From Deltaproteobacteria bacterium (GTDB lineage Bacteria > Desulfobacterota > Binatia > HRBIN30 > CADEER01), in assembly GCA_033764095.1 (NCBI GenBank), contig JANRJF010000068.1, positions 4,199 to 68,198 on the forward strand: 64,000 nucleotides of DNA, given 5' to 3'. A model generated the notes under the pieces. The model was not told where the DNA came from, did no database searches, and worked only from the letters and a program-made list of their open reading frames with translations. The position numbers and the translations under genes were made by a program. Of this stretch, positions 25,537 to 32,725 are shown in pieces (position 1 is the first letter of the stretch; each line of letters starts with the position of its first letter).

Positions 25537-25622
25537 ACACGGATGGCTTCAGATCGTGATGAATCGAGTTCTTGATTCTCTGTCGGAGTCAATCTGTGTT
25601 CATCCGTGTTCATCCGTGGTTC
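25513..25622. repeat. Palindromic element with arms GGAACCACGGATGAACACAGATGAACACGGATGG / CAATCTGTGTTCATCCGTGTTCATCCGTGGTTCC; the left arm encodes the last 8 codons and stop of hyuB
   Basis: Seen directly. The GATGAACAC core is duplicated in each arm. Confidence 0.6.
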
Positions 25623-25641
25623 CGGCTTTGGTTCTGATGCG

Positions 25642-27699
25642 ATGAGTTACCGCATCGGGATCGACGTCGGCGGCACGTTCACCGACCTGGTGCTGGCGCG
25701 GCCGGATGGCTCGATCGCGCTGGCCAAGAGTCCGACGACGCCGGACGATCAGTCGCGCGGCGTGGTCAACGGCATCGGGCTGCTCGCCGAGGGTGAAGGG
25801 CTGACGCTGCAGGCGCTGCTCAGCAGGACCAGCGCGGTCGTGCACGGCACCACCACCGCCGACAACACGATGATCGAGATGAGCGGCGCAGTGACCGGCC
25901 TGATCACCACGGCGGGACATCGCGACGAGATCGAGCTGCGCCGCGGCTACAAGGAGGACATCTGGGATCCGGCGATCGCGCCGCCGCCGCCGATCGCACC
26001 GCGCCGGCGCCGCATCGGCGTGCCGGAGCGGCTCGACTACGAGGGCCACGTCGTCACGCCGCTCGACGAGGACGCGGTGCGCGCCGCGCTGAGGCGGCTG
26101 AAGCAACTGGGTACCGAATCGCTCGCCGTCGTCTTCATGTTCTCGTTCGTCAACTCGGCGCACGAGCAGCGCGTGCGCGCGATCGCCGCCGAGGAGTGTC
26201 CGGGGCTGCCGGTGTCGCTGTCGCACGAGGTGATGCCGTCGGCGCCGGAGTTCGAGCGCACCAGCACGACGTTGGTCAACGCCTTCGTCGGCCCGAAGAT
26301 CCAACGCTACCTCGAGCGCCTGGTGCGGGCGCTGCGCGAGGCCGGCTACGCGCGCGAGCTGCTGGTCATGCAGTCGAACGGCGGCATCATGACGCCCGAG
26401 TACATCGCGCACCGGCCGGTGACGACGCTCAGCTCCGGTCCGACCGGCGGCGTCATCGCCGCGTGCGCAGTGGCGGGCAGAGCCGGCGTGCACGACTTCG
26501 TCTGCGCCGACATGGGCGGCACCAGCTACGACATCTGTCTGATCCGCGGCGGCCAGCCGGAGGTGAAGGCGGGTTGGAACTGGCATCACCGCTACCTGGT
26601 CGGCCTGCCGATGGTGGACATACACTCGATCGGTGCCGGCGGCGGCTCGATCGCGTCGGTGGTCGCCGGCGCGTTGCAGGTCGGCCCGCGCAGCGCCGGC
26701 GCGCAGCCGGGACCGATCTGCTACGACCGCGGCGGCACGCAGATCACGGTCACCGACGCCAACCTGTTGCTCGGCTATCTGAACCCCGGCGACTTCTGCG
26801 CCGGTCGCATGACGCTCAAGACCGCCGGCGTGCGCGAGGCGATCGAGGCGCAGGTGGCGAAGCCGCTCGGCGTCGACTGGGTCGAGGCGGCGCACGGCAT
26901 CTATCGGCTGGTGAACGCCAACATGGCGAACGCGATCCGCCGCGTCGCGGCGACGCGCGGTGTCGATCCGCGCGGTCTCACCATGGTCGCATACGGCGGC
27001 AACGGCCCGGTGCACGCCACCGCGCAGGCGGACGAGCTGGCGGTCGAAGAGGTGCTGGTGCCGAAAGTGGCGCCGGCGTTTTCGGCGCTGGGGCTGCAGC
27101 TGTCCGACCACCTGGTCGACGAGATGCATGCCTACATCGCGCCGGTCGGCCAGGCGGATGTGTCACGCGTCAACGCGCTGTTCGGCGAGATGGAAGCTGC
27201 GGCGCGCGGCGTGCTCGGCAAGCGCAAGGAGCAACACAAGCGCGTCGAGGTGCGGCGCTTCCTCAACCTCTGCTACCCGGGCCAGACCTTCGACATGGCG
27301 GTGCCGGTGGCGTCGGCCAATGGCCGCCTCAAGTCAGACAGCCTGGCCGCCACCGTCGAGCGCTTCCACGCCCTGCACGAGGAGCTGCACACCTACGCCT
27401 CGCGCGATGAGCAGCCGATCCTGCGCGGCCTGCGTCTGACGCTGGTCGGCGTCACCGAGAAGCCCGACCTGCCGCGCTTCGGCCGCTCGAGCAGCAAGCC
27501 GCCGCTCAAGGGGCGTCGCCAGGCGTTCTTCGGCGGCCGCTTCGTCAGCGCGCCGCTCTACGACGGCGCCAAGGTGCGCGTCGGCCACCGCATCGCTGGC
27601 CCGGCGATCATCGAGGAGCCGTTCACGACCATCGTCCTGCACCCCAAGCAGGTGGCGACGCTCGACCGGCACGGCAACTACCACATCCGCGTCGGGTGA
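25642..27699 (+). CDS. hyuA: Hydantoinase A / 5-oxoprolinase family protein (HyuA-like), ASKHA-fold ATPase
   Basis: MSYRIGIDVGGTFTDLVL is the HyuA N-terminus, followed by ADMGGTSYD. Start set at the first ATG. The GTG at 25606 in the track lies within the repeat. Confidence 0.8.
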   Translation: MSYRIGIDVGGTFTDLVLARPDGSIALAKSPTTPDDQSRGVVNGIGLLAEGEGLTLQALLSRTSAVVHGTTTADNTMIEMSGAVTGLITTAGHRDEIELRRGYKEDIWDPAIAPPPPIAPRRRRIGVPERLDYEGHVVTPLDEDAVRAALRRLKQLGTESLAVVFMFSFVNSAHEQRVRAIAAEECPGLPVSLSHEVMPSAPEFERTSTTLVNAFVGPKIQRYLERLVRALREAGYARELLVMQSNGGIMTPEYIAHRPVTTLSSGPTGGVIAACAVAGRAGVHDFVCADMGGTSYDICLIRGGQPEVKAGWNWHHRYLVGLPMVDIHSIGAGGGSIASVVAGALQVGPRSAGAQPGPICYDRGGTQITVTDANLLLGYLNPGDFCAGRMTLKTAGVREAIEAQVAKPLGVDWVEAAHGIYRLVNANMANAIRRVAATRGVDPRGLTMVAYGGNGPVHATAQADELAVEEVLVPKVAPAFSALGLQLSDHLVDEMHAYIAPVGQADVSRVNALFGEMEAAARGVLGKRKEQHKRVEVRRFLNLCYPGQTFDMAVPVASANGRLKSDSLAATVERFHALHEELHTYASRDEQPILRGLRLTLVGVTEKPDLPRFGRSSSKPPLKGRRQAFFGGRFVSAPLYDGAKVRVGHRIAGPAIIEEPFTTIVLHPKQVATLDRHGNYHIRVG

Positions 27700-27704
27700 G
27701 GAGG

Positions 27705-28820
27705 TTACGCCGCCTTGAAGGCGCGGCCGATCTTCTTGCGGTCCTTGTTGATGTCGCGCAGCGCCGCGATGCCGGCGTCGACCACTTCGGCGCCGACCAC
27801 CTCGTCGGACTCGCCGGCGAGCTCGTCCATGTCGACCCACATCGCGTAGGTCGCCTTGGTGCGCTCGGTGATGATGCCGGCCTTGAGCAGCGTCTTGATC
27901 AGGACGCGGAAGATGTTGGTGCTCTCGCGCATCAGGCGGCGGCGATCGGTGTCGGTGAACGCCTCCATCACGGCGCCGCGCACCCACTGCCAGTCGAGGC
28001 CGAACTGGGCGTAGATCGCCTGCTTCTGCTCGGAGTTGACCAGGTTGAAGAGCAGCGTCTCGAAGCACTTCGCCGCCCAGGCCTCGACCTTCTCGTGCTC
28101 CTCCTCGCTCAGCTTGGGTACCGTGCGGTCGGCCCAGATCTTGCCGAATTTATGGTGGAAGGCTTCGTCGGTCATCACCATCTGCACCATGCGGCGCAAC
28201 AGCGGGTCGTTGGTCTTCGAGTGGATGGTGGCGAAGGCGCCCATCGCCAGGCCTTCGATCAGCATCTGCATGCCGACCAGCTTCTTGTAGACCTCGGGCG
28301 CCAGCACCAGCTCGATCATCAGGTTCTTCAGCGTCGGACCGACCGCCAGCGGGGTTCCCCAGCGGCGCTCGATGTACTTCGCGAAGGCGGTGACGTGGCG
28401 CGCCTCTTCGCGCGTCTGGTTGGCGGCGTACTCCTGCGCGCCGGGATCGCGCAGGATCATGCACAGGCTGGCCGACAGCGACAGTGCGCCCTGCTCGCCG
28501 TGCAGGATGCTGGACAGCGTGAAGCGGGTGTTCTCGTTGGCGAGGTGCAGTTGCTGGCGCTCGTCGAGCTTGTCGGCCACCGCGCTGTTCAGCTCGACCA
28601 CCATCGAGCGCGGCATGATGTACTCGTTGGTGAGGTCGAACGGCTCGGCGTAGTTCAGATACGCGGCGTCGGTCGGATCCCAGAAGTGGTCGTGCGTCGC
28701 GGCGATGATCTTGTCGAACGCGTCGGCGCGGTCGCCGTAGCGCTCCGGCTCGATCATCGAAGCGAAGTCGTCGCGATCGACGGTGTTGTAGATCGGGTCG
28801 TGGGTGATGTGCTGCGACAT
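27705..28820 (-). CDS. Ferritin-like di-iron carboxylate protein, AurF/p-aminobenzoate N-oxygenase-like
   Basis: Paired ExxH motifs TREEARHVTAF and MTDEAFHHKFG, plus LIEGLAMGAF. 371 aa. GC lower than surroundings. Confidence 0.55.
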   Translation of the reverse strand: MSQHITHDPIYNTVDRDDFASMIEPERYGDRADAFDKIIAATHDHFWDPTDAAYLNYAEPFDLTNEYIMPRSMVVELNSAVADKLDERQQLHLANENTRFTLSSILHGEQGALSLSASLCMILRDPGAQEYAANQTREEARHVTAFAKYIERRWGTPLAVGPTLKNLMIELVLAPEVYKKLVGMQMLIEGLAMGAFATIHSKTNDPLLRRMVQMVMTDEAFHHKFGKIWADRTVPKLSEEEHEKVEAWAAKCFETLLFNLVNSEQKQAIYAQFGLDWQWVRGAVMEAFTDTDRRRLMRESTNIFRVLIKTLLKAGIITERTKATYAMWVDMDELAGESDEVVGAEVVDAGIAALRDINKDRKKIGRAFKAA

Positions 28821-28971
28821 GGGCTCGACTCCTCGCGCGCCGCGACGGCGTCAGTCGGTGAACCGAACTTCATAAAGGAGGGAAGCGCGGCGCTCGTCAA
28901 GCCTGGTGCGGCGATGTGCCTGGCTATTTGGCAGACCCTGTCGTAGGGACCGCCGCAGCCTGCGCAAGAGG

Positions 28972-29598
28972 ATGAGTGTGATGATTCGATGTGTTGCAGC
29001 GATGCTGCTGGCGGTGGCGCTGTGTGGAAGCACGCCGGCGCGGGCCGACGAGGCCGCCGCCACGGCGGTGATCGAGCAGCTCGATTCGACGCTGCTGTCG
29101 GTGATGAAGGACGCCAAGACGCTCGGCTATCAGGGGCGCTACGACCGTCTGGCGCCGGTGCTGGCCAACACCTTCGACTTCGACTTCATGGCGCGCTTCG
29201 TTCTCGGCCCCGGCTGGCAGGAGCTGTCGGCCGAGGACCAGCAGCGCTGGATCACTGCATTCACCAAGGTGACCACCGCCACCTACGCCGGGCGCTTCAC
29301 CGGCTGGAGCGGCGAGGCGTTCAAGACGCTCGGCCAGGAAGTCGCGCCGCAGGACACGGTGTTCGTCAAGACCATGCTCGATCGGCCGAAGGACGAGGAC
29401 GTCGAGCTCACCTATCGCCTGCGCAAGATGCCGGTCGGCTGGCGCGTCGTCGACATCTATCAGAAGGGCACGGTCAGTGAGTTGGCGTTGCGCCGCTCGG
29501 AGTACTCGACGGTGCTGAAGCGCGACGGCTTCGCCAAGCTGCTGGCGACGGTCGATGCCAAGGCGGCGGACTACGCTTCCGGTGCGCTGACCCAGTAG
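28972..29598 (+). CDS. mlaC: MlaC/Ttg2D family periplasmic phospholipid-binding protein
   Basis: Signal peptide MSVMIRCVAAMLLAVALCGSTPARA. NTFDFDFMARFVLGPGWQELSAEDQQRWITAFT matches the toluene-tolerance Ttg2D/MlaC family. Confidence 0.7.
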   Translation: MSVMIRCVAAMLLAVALCGSTPARADEAAATAVIEQLDSTLLSVMKDAKTLGYQGRYDRLAPVLANTFDFDFMARFVLGPGWQELSAEDQQRWITAFTKVTTATYAGRFTGWSGEAFKTLGQEVAPQDTVFVKTMLDRPKDEDVELTYRLRKMPVGWRVVDIYQKGTVSELALRRSEYSTVLKRDGFAKLLATVDAKAADYASGALTQ

Positions 29599-29602
29599 GC
29601 GC

Positions 29603-30472
29603 TCACTCGTCGGCGAGTGCCGCGCCGACGTCGTCGGTGGCGGCGGCCGGCGGTGCGGCGCCGCGCCGGTGCGCTTCGCGTCGATCCCAGATCTGCGCCT
29701 CGCGCGTCTGGTAGAACGCGTTGCGCAGCGCCGAGTAGTAGTCGACCGACGACGAGCGCAGCGACGCCAGCGCCTCGCTGTACACGTCGCGCGCCGACAG
29801 GCCGGTCGAGAGCCCGAGCGAGCCCTCGTAGATGAACAGCGTCGCGATCGGCAGCACGTAGAGCAGCGGCTGGAAGAAGAAATCGACCACCGTGCCGCTG
29901 GCGTCGCGCACCGTGCTGGGGCCGAACAGCGGCATGATCAGGTAGGGGCCGCTGCCGACGCCGGCGAGCGCCAGCGTCTGGCCGAAGTCGGAGCTGTGGC
30001 GCTCCATGCCGAGCGCCGCGGCGGGATCGAAGAGGCCGCCGATGCCGATGGTGGTGTTGAGCACCAGGCGTTGGGTGGTGACCGTCGCGTCGCCCCACTC
30101 GCGTTGCAGCAGGTCGTTGGCCAGCGTCGAGACCGAATTGATGTTGAGGCAGAAGCGCCGCACCATGCGCCGGCCCGGCGGCGGGACGATGAACTGGTAG
30201 GTCTTCACGATCGGTTCGATCACCCAGCGATCGACCTGCTGATCGACCTGCAGCACGCTGCGGTTGGCGCGCTCGAACGGATCGGGGAATCCGCTCGGCG
30301 CCGCGCTGGTGTCGTCCAGGTTGAACGACTCGTCGAGCGGGATCACCTCGCGCTGCGGGGCGGTGTCGGCCGCCGGCGCCTGCGCGAGCTGGTCGGCACG
30401 CACCGGCGCGGGCGCCAGCAGGGGCAGCGCGGCCAGCGCCGCGAGCGCGAGAAGGAACTGGGGCGCCGGCAT
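29603..30472 (-). CDS. mlaA: MlaA/VacJ family lipoprotein
   Basis: Signal peptide MPAPQFLLALAALAALPLLAPAPVRA. FERANRSVLQVDQQVDRWVIEPIVKTY...NTTIGIGGLFDPA is the VacJ core. Confidence 0.7.
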   Translation of the reverse strand: MPAPQFLLALAALAALPLLAPAPVRADQLAQAPAADTAPQREVIPLDESFNLDDTSAAPSGFPDPFERANRSVLQVDQQVDRWVIEPIVKTYQFIVPPPGRRMVRRFCLNINSVSTLANDLLQREWGDATVTTQRLVLNTTIGIGGLFDPAAALGMERHSSDFGQTLALAGVGSGPYLIMPLFGPSTVRDASGTVVDFFFQPLLYVLPIATLFIYEGSLGLSTGLSARDVYSEALASLRSSSVDYYSALRNAFYQTREAQIWDRREAHRRGAAPPAAATDDVGAALADE

Positions 30473-30549
30473 CGCGCCCCGTCCTACATGGCGCGGCGCG
30501 CGCCGGCCAGCGCTTGCGGGGGGCGGCGGCGCGGCTCTACACATCGGCG

Positions 30550-31398
30550 ATGCGCTTCGGATTGTTCGGCATCAACATCGGGCCCTGTGCGAGCGGACAG
30601 GCGGCGGCGCGGGTGGCGCGCGCGGCCGAGGCCGCCGGCTTCGAATCGGTCTGGACCGGCGAGCACGTCGTGTTGCCCGATCCACAGGTGGCGCCGTCGC
30701 CGATGCCGCCGCAGGCGCCGATGCTCGACCCGGCCGTCGCGCTGACGGTCGCGGCCTCGACGACGACGCACCTGCGGCTCGGCACCGGCATCATCATCCT
30801 GCCGCAGCGCAACCCGCTGGTGCTGGCCAAGGAGCTGGCCAGCGTCGACGTCGTCTCCGACGGCCGCCTGATCGTCGGCATCGGCGTCGGCTACCTGGAG
30901 CCCGAGTTCGCGGCGCTCGGCATCCCGTTCACCGACAAAGGCGCGCGCACCGACGAGTACCTGGCGGCGATGCGGGCGCTGTGGACGATGGAGCACCCCG
31001 TCTACAGCGGTCGGTTCGTGCGCTTCGCCGGCATCGACGCCCATCCGCGTCCGGTGCAGCGCCCGCATCCGCCGGTGGTGATCGGCGGGCGCACGCCGCC
31101 GGCGTTTCGCCGCGCCGTGCGGTCCGGCAACGGCTGGTACGGCTTCGCGCTCGACGTCGACGACACCGCCGCGTGTGTCGACGGGCTGCGCCAGGCCGCC
31201 GCGCGCGACCCACGCCCGGCTGCGCTCGGCGAGCTGGAAGTCAGCGTCACGCCGCGCGGCACGCCAAATCGCGACACGGTCGCGCGCTTCGCCGCGCTCG
31301 GCGTCGAGCGGCTGATCGTCTACTGGCCGCTCAACGACGAGCAGGCGCTGCTCGACCGCCTGCACCGCTTCGCCGACGAGGTGATCGCCCCGTCCTGA
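30550..31398 (+). CDS. LLM-class (luciferase-like) flavin/F420-dependent oxidoreductase
   Basis: MRFGLFGINIG start, then ...FESVWTGEHV..., the TIM-barrel LLM family. Start set at an internal Met. Confidence 0.7.
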   Translation: MRFGLFGINIGPCASGQAAARVARAAEAAGFESVWTGEHVVLPDPQVAPSPMPPQAPMLDPAVALTVAASTTTHLRLGTGIIILPQRNPLVLAKELASVDVVSDGRLIVGIGVGYLEPEFAALGIPFTDKGARTDEYLAAMRALWTMEHPVYSGRFVRFAGIDAHPRPVQRPHPPVVIGGRTPPAFRRAVRSGNGWYGFALDVDDTAACVDGLRQAAARDPRPAALGELEVSVTPRGTPNRDTVARFAALGVERLIVYWPLNDEQALLDRLHRFADEVIAPS

Positions 31399-31504
31399 GC
31401 GGCGCGTTCGCATTATTCGATGTCGGGCTGGCGGAATATCTATTTGCCGCTAGCCTGAGCGGGTGAGCAGATGGAGAAGTGGTCCCGGTTGGTGAGCCGC
31501 GCCG

Positions 31505-31762
31505 ATGACTGAAGACCCGCACGACCTCGACGAATCCTGGTACGGCGTCCGCGGTCGGTTGATCGTCCTGTGGGGGGCGGCGCGCGTCGTCGCCGGCGTG
31601 CTGCTGATCGTCGCCGGCGTGCTCGGCACGTTGCTGCCGGTCATCCCGGGTGTCCCGCTGCTGATCGCCGGCGTCGCCCTGGTGGGTCCCAAGCATCCGC
31701 TGATCCGACCCTTCGTCGAGCGTTTCGAGCGCTGGCGCGAACAGCGCGCCGCCAAACCGTAG
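31505..31762 (+). CDS. Small membrane protein (two TM segments, PGPGW/YbaN-like)
   Basis: LLIVAGVLGTLLPVIPGVPLLIAGVALVG. Confidence 0.45.
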   Translation: MTEDPHDLDESWYGVRGRLIVLWGAARVVAGVLLIVAGVLGTLLPVIPGVPLLIAGVALVGPKHPLIRPFVERFERWREQRAAKP

Positions 31763-31788
31763 CGCGCATGGCCGCGCCAAGGGCGCGC

Positions 31789-31817
31789 CCGGCCGACACC
31801 AGGTCGGCCGGCTACCC
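31789..31817. repeat. Left copy of a 29-bp inverted repeat CCGGCCGACACCAGGTCGGCCGGCTACCC (itself a 9-bp-stem hairpin)
   Basis: The partner at 31947-31975 matches at 28 of 29 positions in reverse complement. The pair flank 129 bp, giving a MITE-like architecture. Confidence 0.55.
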
Positions 31818-31946
31818 GGTGTCTTCAGATCGGGTCGGCCAATACGGGTTCCATCGGCCGACGGTGCAACGCGCAGCCCGCGCACTGCACAGTTGCAGCG
31901 ACACCCAGGCCTGCCGGACAACCGCAGCGCTCCTCACACACGGATT

Positions 31947-31975
31947 GGGTAGCCGGCCGACCTCGTGTCGGCCGG
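31947..31975. repeat. Right copy (inverted) of the 29-bp repeat: GGGTAGCCGGCCGACCTCGTGTCGGCCGG
   Basis: See the left copy. Confidence 0.55.
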
Positions 31976-32036
31976 CGGCGCGAAGCGCCGCCGATGGACG
32001 CTTGCGACCGGTCCGACCGCGTTCTAGTCGCACGCG

Positions 32037-32693
32037 ATGTCCCGGCGCGCCGTCGCGGTTATGCTCCTCGCCGTCGCGGCGGCGGCGCTGTTCTACGCAA
32101 CGCAGCGCACGCCGGCACCGGCGCCGAATGCGACCGACGACCTGCTCGCGCGCGCGGCGCGGCAGCAGGCGGCGCATCGGCCGTTCCGCGCCGTGCAGAG
32201 CTACCTGCGCGTCGTGCAGCGGTGGCCGGAGCAGGTCGACGCCTGGGCGGCGCTCGCCGGCCTTGCGCTGGCGGCGGGCCAGTCGGGCAACGCTCGGCGC
32301 GCCGCCGAGCGTGTGCTGGTCCTGCGACCCGGTGATGCCGGGGCGGCGGCGGTGATCGCCAGCGCCGCCGCCGCGACGCCGGCGCCGACCGTGCGCCCGG
32401 GGCGTCCGCATGCCGTCACCCGCCGGCGTTGCGCGGCGGCGAAGCGGCTCTACGATCTCGGCCGCGTCGACGACGCGATCGTCGCCCTGCAGGCGGCGGC
32501 ATGGCTCGACGATCGCGCCGCGCGGCCGTACCGCGATCTCGCCAACATCTACTATCTGCAGGGCCGTCTGCCGGAGGCGATCGGCGCGCAGCGCGAGGCG
32601 GTGACGCGTGCCCCGCAGAGTCAGGCGCTGCGCCGCAACCTGGCGGCGCTGGAGGCGGGGTTGCCAACTAGGGCGCCCGGCACACCGCGGTGA
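32037..32693 (+). CDS. TPR repeat protein with N-terminal membrane anchor/signal
   Basis: Hydrophobic N-terminus AVAVMLLAVAAAALFYA and TPR-like helical repeats (RLYDLGRVDDAIVALQAA, LANIYYLQGRLPEA). Confidence 0.55.
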   Translation: MSRRAVAVMLLAVAAAALFYATQRTPAPAPNATDDLLARAARQQAAHRPFRAVQSYLRVVQRWPEQVDAWAALAGLALAAGQSGNARRAAERVLVLRPGDAGAAAVIASAAAATPAPTVRPGRPHAVTRRRCAAAKRLYDLGRVDDAIVALQAAAWLDDRAARPYRDLANIYYLQGRLPEAIGAQREAVTRAPQSQALRRNLAALEAGLPTRAPGTPR

Positions 32694-32725
32694 CGATCCC
32701 CTGCCGCGTCGCGGCGATCCGTGCG

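Noticed and set aside
23676-27129. Alternative-frame ORFs over hyuB/hyuA (23676-25526 plus; 23755-25530 minus; 25600-27129 minus; 26196-27410 plus)
   Set aside because: The HyuB and HyuA signatures fix the real frames. These alternates are R/G/A/D-rich and overlap completely.
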